Shown piece after piece: positions 57,312 through 63,701 of a DNA stretch of 64,000 nt. Origin of the DNA: a virus; the IMG/VR virus record IMGVR_UViG_3300030106_005057, positions 14,995 to 78,994 of that record. One strand, given 5' to 3'. Each line of letters starts with the position of its first letter. Positions within the stretch are counted from its first letter, which is position 1. The position numbers were made by a program, and so were the translations under genes. A model generated the notes under the pieces. It made no database searches and was not told the DNA's origin. It saw nothing but the letters and a program-made list of their open reading frames with translations.

Positions 57312-58446
57312 TTATATCACTTTCAAGCATTCTATGAACTAAGTCCTCAAAAGAGACCTTCCTCTTCCATCCAAGTACATCCTCAGCCTTTGTAGGTTTG
57401 CCGCAAAGATAGTCTACTTCTGAAGGTCTATAGAAGTCAGGATCAATCATAAAGAAATCTTCAATGTTTTCTTTTTCAATGTTTATATATTCAAAAGCAT
57501 GAACCATAAAGTCATGAACGCTATATGTCTCTCCTGTAGCAATAACATAGTCATCCGCAGATTCCTGCTGTAACATTAGCCACATCGCATTTACATAGTC
57601 CTCAGCATGTCCCCAATCGCGAAACGCTTCTATATTCCCAAGCCGTAGTTTGGGATACGATAAGTCGCCCAGATAGATATAGTCCCTGTCAAAGTCAAAA
57701 CTAGCCGAGCCAGTATCTAAGCCTTGGGCTTCGGTCCAATTTTTAAAACCTGCTATCCACTTTGTGATCTTTCTTGTTACGAACTTTTCTCCACGACGTT
57801 CGCTCTCATGATTGAATAGTATTCCGCAAGAAGCATGCAAACCGTAGCCTTCTCGATATATCCTAACCAGATGATGTGATGCCAACTTCGCAGCACCATA
57901 AGGGCTCTGAGGTTCAAACGCTGTGCTCTCGTCTTGATACTTGCCAAACTCAGACACAGTAAAGTTTTTACCGAACATCTCGCTAGTACTTGCCTGATAG
58001 AACTTTGTACTCTTATTAAATCTCCTGATAGCTTCAAGAAAATTAATCACCCCTATTGTATTGACTCTTGTTGTTGCACAGGGTTGATCAAAAGAAGTTT
58101 TGACATGCGATTGAGCCGCTAGATTGTATATCTCGTCTGGCTTATACTTATCAACGACAGAGTAAACAGATCCTGAGTCAGAAAGTTCAAACTCCTCTAG
58201 GGAAAAACACGGGTTTGATTTCAAATGCGATATCCTCCCGCTAGTATCTGTGCTAGTTCTTCTTTTAAGTCCTACGACGATATATCCTTTACTCAACAAC
58301 AAATCAGCAAGGTAAGAACCGTCTTGACCAGTGATGCCAGTAACCAACGCTTTCTTTCTCTTTTTTGAGTTGCGCTTGTCTTTTCTAGATTTTAATTCTT
58401 CTTCTGATGTATTCTTTTCTCTTCCATCATAATCTATGATTGTCAT
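57277..58446 (-). CDS. gmd: GDP-mannose 4,6-dehydratase
   Basis: ALVTGITGQDGSYL, NLAAQSHV, YQASTSE, SPYGAAK, GILFNHES, RDWGHA. Confidence 0.96.
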   Translation of the reverse strand: MTIIDYDGREKNTSEEELKSRKDKRNSKKRKKALVTGITGQDGSYLADLLLSKGYIVVGLKRRTSTDTSGRISHLKSNPCFSLEEFELSDSGSVYSVVDKYKPDEIYNLAAQSHVKTSFDQPCATTRVNTIGVINFLEAIRRFNKSTKFYQASTSEMFGKNFTVSEFGKYQDESTAFEPQSPYGAAKLASHHLVRIYREGYGLHASCGILFNHESERRGEKFVTRKITKWIAGFKNWTEAQGLDTGSASFDFDRDYIYLGDLSYPKLRLGNIEAFRDWGHAEDYVNAMWLMLQQESADDYVIATGETYSVHDFMVHAFEYINIEKENIEDFFMIDPDFYRPSEVDYLCGKPTKAEDVLGWKRKVSFEDLVHRMLESDINAEKKEELQKI

Positions 58447-58448
58447 AT

Positions 58449-59255
58449 TTAGTCCTCACTATCTACTGTATCTGCATTAATAAAAGGCTGGTCTACTATT
58501 CCATCCTCATAAGTATGGTATTCCGATAATTTTTCTAGTGCTTTGTCAGCTGCAAGCCGATTGACTTCCATGCTCTCCTCTTCACGCTTCCTAAACTCCT
58601 CATTGTCAAGTTGTCTTAACCAAGATGAGAAGTTTGTCTTTGCATCCTCTGATCTTCTTTTCCTCTGCTCTCTTGTTCCCTTAAGATCTTTTAAGAGCCG
58701 CTCCTTTTTTGTCAGAAGTTTTTCATGTTCGTTAATATAAGCAGACTTACTTGCCATTAATGCACCAAGTTGCGTCTGGAAACTGGCAATCGCCTGAGAG
58801 TCCTGCATATCAGTAGGTTTGTCTATTTCATCGTCAATGAGTTTATTGAGTCTTTCAATATTCGCAACAACCTCTTGCCTATCCTCCATTCCTCTGTTAA
58901 TTAAGATTTCCGTCCTAATAACTTCTAGAATCTGCATTTCCTCAGTGTGTGTGACATCCTCTGAAAACTGCTTGAAATAATCAATCCATTGATGCTCAAA
59001 GAAAATAAGCTCTCCATCAGAGAACTGCTTACCCAATTCCTTATAGTAATATCTATCACGCAGATGGGTCAACATATACTCATGGTCTGTTAAATCCCGC
59101 GCCTTTAAATTTTCCTTATCAATGAACTTTTGTACAGGTCCCGTAGTCCTGTTGAGATTCTCCGCTATCTCTTCGATACTAAGATCAAAGCAATTCTGAC
59201 GAATATAGTCCATTTCGCCGGTAGAGAGTTTACCACGCTTCTTCGTCAATTCCAT
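58449..59255 (-). CDS. HTH/coiled-coil protein, terminase small subunit candidate
   Basis: N-terminal HTH LSIEEIAENLNRT; long coiled coil; upstream of TerL. Confidence 0.45.
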   Translation of the reverse strand: MELTKKRGKLSTGEMDYIRQNCFDLSIEEIAENLNRTTGPVQKFIDKENLKARDLTDHEYMLTHLRDRYYYKELGKQFSDGELIFFEHQWIDYFKQFSEDVTHTEEMQILEVIRTEILINRGMEDRQEVVANIERLNKLIDDEIDKPTDMQDSQAIASFQTQLGALMASKSAYINEHEKLLTKKERLLKDLKGTREQRKRRSEDAKTNFSSWLRQLDNEEFRKREEESMEVNRLAADKALEKLSEYHTYEDGIVDQPFINADTVDSED

Positions 59256-59847
59256 TCTCCTTTAATAATTCATATATCTCTTCTAGAAGACGATTCTTAC
59301 GATTCTTAGGAAGCCTCAGATTGTTAAGAAATCTTATCCAATCCTCACGAAACTTAACATGCAGTTGTTCATCTAATAGATCTATAACCTCCTTAGCAAA
59401 TAAAGTACTTAAAGAGGGTATATCCTTGTCTTTTTGATCATATTCTACTGATACGCTATGCATTAGGTTTTTCTTAGCATTGTTCCTGTCAAGCCATCCC
59501 TTATATAGGTTACATTCTTCTTGGTCATCGAATGCTGTGCATTTTTTATTAATAAAGAATTCACAAGTATCACAAGGCTTCTCTAATCTAGAGTAGTTGT
59601 TTCTCTTGAAATTATATAGGCGATTTCTTACATGAGTCCATAGGAAATTCTCTAATGGTCTTTTACCATCATATTTCTCTAGGCCTTCCCATGCAAATAA
59701 TCTAGCCTGCTGTTTCATATCCTCTGGGGAATGATACCCGAACTTAAACTTATAACACAGGCGATTTGCAATACCATCAATTATATCAATGACTTCCTGC
59801 TCATTATGGTTGTCCGGTATCTTCACTACTTTCGCATCCACCTCCAC
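59230..59847 (-). CDS. sigma-like factor (region 2) with Cys4 insert
   Basis: EDMKQQARLFAWEGLEKYDG..PLENFLWTHVRNRL; CDTC...C...C. Confidence 0.65.
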   Translation of the reverse strand: MEVDAKVVKIPDNHNEQEVIDIIDGIANRLCYKFKFGYHSPEDMKQQARLFAWEGLEKYDGKRPLENFLWTHVRNRLYNFKRNNYSRLEKPCDTCEFFINKKCTAFDDQEECNLYKGWLDRNNAKKNLMHSVSVEYDQKDKDIPSLSTLFAKEVIDLLDEQLHVKFREDWIRFLNNLRLPKNRKNRLLEEIYELLKENGIDEEAW

Positions 59848-59989
59848 AGCATTTATTGTTTGGGTTATCTAGTACCGAAGAAATAGCAATCTCGGGCGAT
59901 TCTTCATCTAATTCTTTATCTACTTCTTGCTGAAGTTCCTCAGAAGCGGTAACTTTCAGTTCACTTTCTACAAACTTTGGATCTTCCAT
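59804..59989 (-). CDS. small acidic hypothetical protein
   Basis: ATG 59989 preceded by GAGG RBS; KCCGGGC. Confidence 0.5.
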   Translation of the reverse strand: MEDPKFVESELKVTASEELQQEVDKELDEESPEIAISSVLDNPNNKCCGGGCESSEDTGQP

Positions 59990-60073
59990 AATATTTTTAA
60001 ACCTCTTTCTTAAGTTGTTGTTATATAATATTATATACACGAAAGACCACTTTTAGGACGTAAAGACGGCAAA

Positions 60074-60286
60074 ATGAATATAAAATGGACTGATAAAGAG
60101 CGTCAATTTATCGTAGACAATGCTGCCACCATGAAAGATAAGGATTTGGCAGAGAAAATAAGTGAAATGGCTGGTAGAACAGTCACTCTTGACGCTGTGC
60201 GTAAAGTACGGCAAAAATTAGGCATTAAAAAGAAGAGAGGTCGGGGAATCTGTGGGATCAGACAATCACCAGAAGAAACTAATTGA
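60074..60286 (+). CDS. small HTH DNA-binding protein
   Basis: WTDKE...KDLAEKI...TLDAVRKVRQKLG. Confidence 0.65.
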   Translation: MNIKWTDKERQFIVDNAATMKDKDLAEKISEMAGRTVTLDAVRKVRQKLGIKKKRGRGICGIRQSPEETN

Positions 60287-60413
60287 GCAAAAGTTAAAGA
60301 GCGCTCAAAGGTCACTAAGTCTAATGCAAAAATCTAAATTTGCTGACGATTATCAAATTGAAAAACAAAAACAGAAAATCAGGAAACTTCAGCAGACTCT
60401 AACTGCTCTCTGA
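60252..60413 (+). CDS. small basic coiled-coil protein
   Basis: Open frame GTG 60252 to TGA 60413; alternative ATG 60324. Confidence 0.35.
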   Translation: MGSDNHQKKLIEQKLKSAQRSLSLMQKSKFADDYQIEKQKQKIRKLQQTLTAL

Positions 60414-60572
60414 TGTAACGACCACTTTTAGTAAATATGTGTCCCTAGAAATTTATATTCAAAGGACCACTTTTATTAAATAGCTTTCCTAGAAATGTAT
60501 GAACCACCACGGCTTTTTTCAGAAGTGCGGTGCGGTGTGTGTGATTCTATAAAAATACCCCATGATCTGTGG

Positions 60573-60614
60573 GTGGGCCCTCTGCCACTATTGAGACTGG
60601 GTCTCATTAAGAAA
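60573..60614. repeat. composite palindromic element, copy 1
   Basis: GTGGGCCC...TTGAGACTGGGTCTCATTAAGAAA. Confidence 0.8.
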
Positions 60615-60659
60615 GAACTAAATACTTATATATATTTCTAAAATATATTTAATATCCCC

Positions 60660-60687
60660 TTGACTTTCTGCCGATATATGTTATAGT
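60660..60687 (+). promoter_or_regulatory. sigma70 early promoter
   Basis: TTGACT-16-TATAGT with extended TG; GCCGATA in spacer. Confidence 0.75.
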
Positions 60688-60721
60688 TAAGTATAAGAGT
60701 TAATTAATCGAAAGGGAAAAC

Positions 60722-60853
60722 ATGATTGACAAACTAATCGAACTGAAAAAAGAATTTGGTATCTATGGTATGGCTATGCTGTCCGCAGCGACTGTCTTTA
60801 TTATCGCGTGGTATGTAAAAGAATTATTAATTTATTTACAGAAAATAATGTAA
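60722..60853 (+). CDS. 43-aa single-TM protein
   Basis: GAAAGGG RBS; MIDKLIELKKEFGIYGMAMLSAATVFIIAWYV... Confidence 0.7.
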   Translation: MIDKLIELKKEFGIYGMAMLSAATVFIIAWYVKELLIYLQKIM

Positions 60854-60859
60854 AGACTA

Positions 60860-60887
60860 TTGACATTTCTAGCCGATAGTATATAAT
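60860..60887 (+). promoter_or_regulatory. sigma70 early promoter
   Basis: TTGACA-16-TATAAT; GCCGATA in spacer. Confidence 0.85.
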
Positions 60888-60924
60888 AGAGACATAACAA
60901 ACAACGAAACAAAAGGAAAAGAAA

Positions 60925-61113
60925 ATGAAGATTACTAAAATCACAAGCAAGAGTCAAGCTAAACTAGAACTGTTCAAGACTGATCGTCGGATCGAAAAGA
61001 AGATTGAACAACACGTTAATGAGTTGGGTAAACACAATACCGATATCGTTGAACGTGAACTAGAAGAACTTTGGGCTAAGAAAAGTATTTTAGTTTCTTA
61101 CATAAATAGTTAA
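60925..61113 (+). CDS. small coiled-coil early protein (paralogue 1)
   Basis: AAAGGA RBS; AKLELFK...IEKK...NELG. Confidence 0.75.
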   Translation: MKITKITSKSQAKLELFKTDRRIEKKIEQHVNELGKHNTDIVERELEELWAKKSILVSYINS

Positions 61114-61122
61114 AGATTGCTC

Positions 61123-61151
61123 TTGACAAAAGTCGATGCTTAGTATATAAT
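61123..61151 (+). promoter_or_regulatory. sigma70 early promoter
   Basis: TTGACA-17-TATAAT; GTCGAT in spacer. Confidence 0.9.
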
Positions 61152-61194
61152 AAGAGCATAACAAACAAACAACATTCCAACGAAAGGGAATACA

Positions 61195-61440
61195 ATGAGA
61201 GTTTCAGATTTACAACCAGCGGCTTACCCGCAATCACCTTCCGTCGAGAATCCTAATTGTGATTCTCACAGACTGTTTACTAACGACTTCAATAAGAATA
61301 GCTTCATCGAAGCTAATGGAGACGTTGAGATCGTTTGGAACGAACGATATAGCTATTGGGAAGTTCCAGCCTTTGCGGAGGGTCGTGCGGCCTACTGTGA
61401 AGCTAAGCAGCGCTACTGTGAACAATATGGCAGCGAGTGA
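61195..61440 (+). CDS. early hypothetical protein
   Basis: GAAAGGG RBS after promoter. Confidence 0.7.
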   Translation: MRVSDLQPAAYPQSPSVENPNCDSHRLFTNDFNKNSFIEANGDVEIVWNERYSYWEVPAFAEGRAAYCEAKQRYCEQYGSE

Positions 61441-61450
61441 TAATGCTGAC

Positions 61451-61510
61451 TGCCATAATGACAGTGGGCCCGCCCCTCTCGCTTATTGATACTCATTCTC
61501 AATAAGAAAA
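61451..61510. repeat. composite palindromic element, copy 2
   Basis: TGCCATAATGACA-GTGGGCCCGCCCC...CTTATTGATACTCATTCTCAATAAGAAAA. Confidence 0.85.
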
Positions 61511-61547
61511 AAGATTAAATTATTCTGAGAAAATACTCAAGACCCTA

Positions 61548-61576
61548 TTGACTTTTGACGATATATAGTATATACT
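61548..61576 (+). promoter_or_regulatory. sigma70 early promoter
   Basis: TTGACT-17-TATACT; GACGATA in spacer. Confidence 0.8.
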
Positions 61577-61611
61577 ACTAGTATAACAATTAAACGATTA
61601 AAGGAAATCAC

Positions 61612-61782
61612 ATGACACGCAACGAAGCAAAATTAGAACTGTTCAAAGTCAACCGCAAGATCGAGAAGAAGGTTGTCGCACACTCTAACGAATTGGGACA
61701 GTTCAATAAGAACTGCGTATTCAATGAACTACAGCGATTGTGGGACAGGAAAAAAACTTTGCAAAATATTATAAATGGCTAA
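61612..61782 (+). CDS. small coiled-coil early protein (paralogue 2, 56 aa)
   Basis: MTRNEAKLELFKVNRKIEKKVVAHSNELG..., similar to 60925-61113. Confidence 0.75.
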   Translation: MTRNEAKLELFKVNRKIEKKVVAHSNELGQFNKNCVFNELQRLWDRKKTLQNIING

Positions 61783-61791
61783 AGATTGCCC

Positions 61792-61820
61792 TTGACAGTA
61801 GCCGATATATATAATATAAT
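61792..61820 (+). promoter_or_regulatory. sigma70 early promoter
   Basis: TTGACA-17-TATAAT; GCCGATA in spacer. Confidence 0.9.
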
Positions 61821-61855
61821 AAGAGCATAACAAGTTAACAACAAAGGAATAAAAG

Positions 61856-62050
61856 ATGTCAGGTTTCACAGTTAAAACAGAATTACGATACGACCACGTT
61901 AGCCATAGATACTTAGTAGAATGTAGACATGGTAAGCGTTACGCTATCGCTTCATCGCATAAGAAGTTAAATCGTGGCGATACAATGAACTGTATTAGTG
62001 TAGTAGCAAGAAGCAACGACAGAAACTATTTACTAAATAAATACAAATAA
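61856..62050 (+). CDS. small basic early protein
   Basis: AAAGGA RBS after promoter. Confidence 0.7.
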   Translation: MSGFTVKTELRYDHVSHRYLVECRHGKRYAIASSHKKLNRGDTMNCISVVARSNDRNYLLNKYK

Positions 62051-62064
62051 AGTTAAGATTGCTC

Positions 62065-62093
62065 TTGACAAATGACGATATATATAATATAAT
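62065..62093 (+). promoter_or_regulatory. sigma70 early promoter
   Basis: TTGACA-17-TATAAT; GACGATA in spacer. Confidence 0.9.
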
Positions 62094-62119
62094 AGTAGTA
62101 TCAAGCGAAAGGAAATAAT

Positions 62120-62428
62120 ATGAGCTACTTCAAATTCAGACAAAATAATTCATTCGGAACCTTTAAGGGTACTCCGTTGGTATTTGTTCGTGCGGATAAT
62201 GCCGCCGATGCTAACACTATCGCACAGCAAAACGGTGTGTACTTCAACGGCGTAGCCGATGGAATTGATTGCGATTGTTGTGGTGATCGTTGGTATCCTG
62301 TAAGCGATGACGACGCACAGGATCAGCCTTCATCATACGGTTATGGTGGTGGCGTTACTGTCTACAGCGACGGTGATAATTATATGGACTACAGCGGAAA
62401 GAACTGGAAGGTTCGGATTTACTCTTAA
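62120..62428 (+). CDS. phage early protein with CxCC motif
   Basis: FRQNNSFG...GVYFNG...DCDCCGDRW. Confidence 0.75.
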   Translation: MSYFKFRQNNSFGTFKGTPLVFVRADNAADANTIAQQNGVYFNGVADGIDCDCCGDRWYPVSDDDAQDQPSSYGYGGGVTVYSDGDNYMDYSGKNWKVRIYS

Positions 62429-62439
62429 GGAAAAACAAA

Positions 62440-62607
62440 ATGGACTTTGTAGTATATAAGTCAGAGGAAGACAATACAGGCCGATTGGTTGAGCTTGTAT
62501 TTAATAGGCACTGTGAGCATTATGAAGTTGTTGTCAATGGACTAACAGAATTCAACTCACAGAGATATGAACAGGCGAATTATGAATTTGAAATGGAGTG
62601 TGTATGA
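62440..62607 (+). CDS. 55-aa acidic early protein
   Basis: AAGGA RBS; MDFVVYKSEED...EMECV. Confidence 0.6.
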   Translation: MDFVVYKSEEDNTGRLVELVFNRHCEHYEVVVNGLTEFNSQRYEQANYEFEMECV

Positions 62608-62693
62608 TGAAAGATAAGTTTAACGAATATCTGTTTTGGTTTGGTGCGTCGTGCATCGCATCGTTTGGCTTTTATATGACATGGGTACACTAA
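62604..62693 (+). CDS. 29-aa hydrophobic peptide
   Basis: ATGA-coupled; MMKDKFNEYLFWFGASCIASFGFYMTWVH. Confidence 0.5.
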   Translation: MMKDKFNEYLFWFGASCIASFGFYMTWVH

Positions 62694-62732
62694 TGACAAT
62701 TAGCGAATACGAATATTTTGGAGTGGTATATA

Positions 62733-62855
62733 ATGAAAATGCGAAGGATACACGCAATACAGTTGGCGAGGGAGTTCCAACGGTTGAACAACAGGAAGAA
62801 GGATCAAGTACAAAAGAAGAAAGGTTTATTGACATGGTTCGGGAAACAGAAATAA
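62733..62855 (+). CDS. 40-aa basic peptide
   Basis: GGAG RBS; MKMRRIHAIQLAREFQRLNNRKK... Confidence 0.4.
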   Translation: MKMRRIHAIQLAREFQRLNNRKKDQVQKKKGLLTWFGKQK

Positions 62856-63025
62856 AGTCGGCGGCGTTTTGTGCATTAGCTTTATTAGCTGGTTTATGTT
62901 GCGCTCTCTTACTAGGGTGTAGCACATCGGCAAAGGTTGAAGGCGGTGCGGAGATTATAGAGCTTAAGCCGCTGAAGATGCAGGAGCTTACATTCCCTGT
63001 ACATGATTATAGTAAGATTTGTTAG
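62834..63025 (+). CDS. small lipoprotein
   Basis: GAAAGG RBS; hydrophobic signal ending in lipobox LLG-C. Confidence 0.6.
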   Translation: MVRETEIKSAAFCALALLAGLCCALLLGCSTSAKVEGGAEIIELKPLKMQELTFPVHDYSKIC

Positions 63026-63074
63026 GCGTGCTATTCCGCTTCTTAAAAAAATAGAATAGATTCCTTTCGTTGTG

Positions 63075-63113
63075 GCCTGCCGGTTGAGATTTCAGCCGGT
63101 GGGCTTTTTGTTT
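63075..63113 (+). terminator. intrinsic terminator
   Basis: GCCTGCCGGTTGA-GATT-TCAGCCGGTGGGC plus TTTTTGTTT. Confidence 0.85.
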
Positions 63114-63141
63114 CTTCCCAAGTAGCTTTCTCGTTTTAGGG

Positions 63142-63202
63142 TGTCAAAATGGCAGGTGGGCCCGCCCCGCGCCGCTGTTGAGACTCGATCTCAATAAGAA
63201 AA
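63142..63202. repeat. composite palindromic element, copy 3
   Basis: TGTCAAAATGGCA-G-GTGGGCCCGCCCC...TTGAGACTCGATCTCAATAAGAAAA. Confidence 0.85.
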
Positions 63203-63240
63203 CTTTTAGCTTTTTTATTCTTTTCTCTTAAGGTTTGGGG

Positions 63241-63269
63241 TTGTACGTGCCGATAATATATAATAGAAT
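63241..63269 (+). promoter_or_regulatory. sigma70 early promoter (weaker match)
   Basis: TTGTAC-17-TAGAAT; GCCGATA in spacer. Confidence 0.6.
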
Positions 63270-63283
63270 GAAAGGAGAACAAT

Positions 63284-63352
63284 ATGACATTCTTATTTTT
63301 ATTAATTGGCGCTTGCTTGGTTGGTTTTCTTGGGGCAGAAGTTTTACAATAA
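63284..63352 (+). CDS. 22-aa hydrophobic peptide
   Basis: AAAGGAG RBS; MTFLFLLIGACLVGFLGAEVLQ. Confidence 0.6.
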   Translation: MTFLFLLIGACLVGFLGAEVLQ

Positions 63353-63368
63353 AATTCTGATTTTCCTC

Positions 63369-63397
63369 TTGACAACCGGCCTGACTTATGGTATAAT
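63369..63397 (+). promoter_or_regulatory. sigma70 early promoter
   Basis: TTGACA-17-TATAAT with extended TG. Confidence 0.9.
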
Positions 63398-63433
63398 GTA
63401 GGCATAACGAAAACGATCACGAAAGGATTTACC

Positions 63434-63622
63434 ATGCACGTTGAAATTTTCTTTGAAACCCCCGAACTCGCCGCCGCCTTCAATGACTTCCCTGTCGTTA
63501 CCCTCGACGGTGACAGGGTTGTCGTCCATGTGGATTGGCACCCATCACACTTGGGCGAACTAACCACTGAACTCATGGACATGGTCGGCGTTGTCGATTG
63601 TGATACTTGTGATTTTTTCTAA
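63434..63622 (+). CDS. small acidic early protein
   Basis: GAAAGGA RBS; C-terminal CDTC. Confidence 0.7.
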   Translation: MHVEIFFETPELAAAFNDFPVVTLDGDRVVVHVDWHPSHLGELTTELMDMVGVVDCDTCDFF

Positions 63623-63631
63623 AGTTTCCTC

Positions 63632-63660
63632 TTGACAGTGGCCGATACTTATTGTATACT
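63632..63660 (+). promoter_or_regulatory. sigma70 early promoter
   Basis: TTGACA-17-TATACT; GCCGATA in spacer. Confidence 0.85.
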
Positions 63661-63701
63661 TAGGGTATAACAAAACTAAAATCTTCGAAAGGATTTTCAC
63701 T

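Larger units (their letters stand above)
60045..60497. repeat. GACCACTTTTA x3; last two extend into a ~33-bp direct repeat
   Basis: Copies at 60045, 60420, 60465. Confidence 0.8.

Noticed and set aside
62636-63025. 129-aa ORF as given in the track
   Set aside because: RBS positions and the lipobox fit three shorter genes (62604, 62733, 62834) better
60573-63660. Repeats read as a CRISPR array or classical integron
   Set aside because: Repeats are degenerate promoters separated by 200-1000 bp coding spacers; no integrase or canonical attC ends seen in the window
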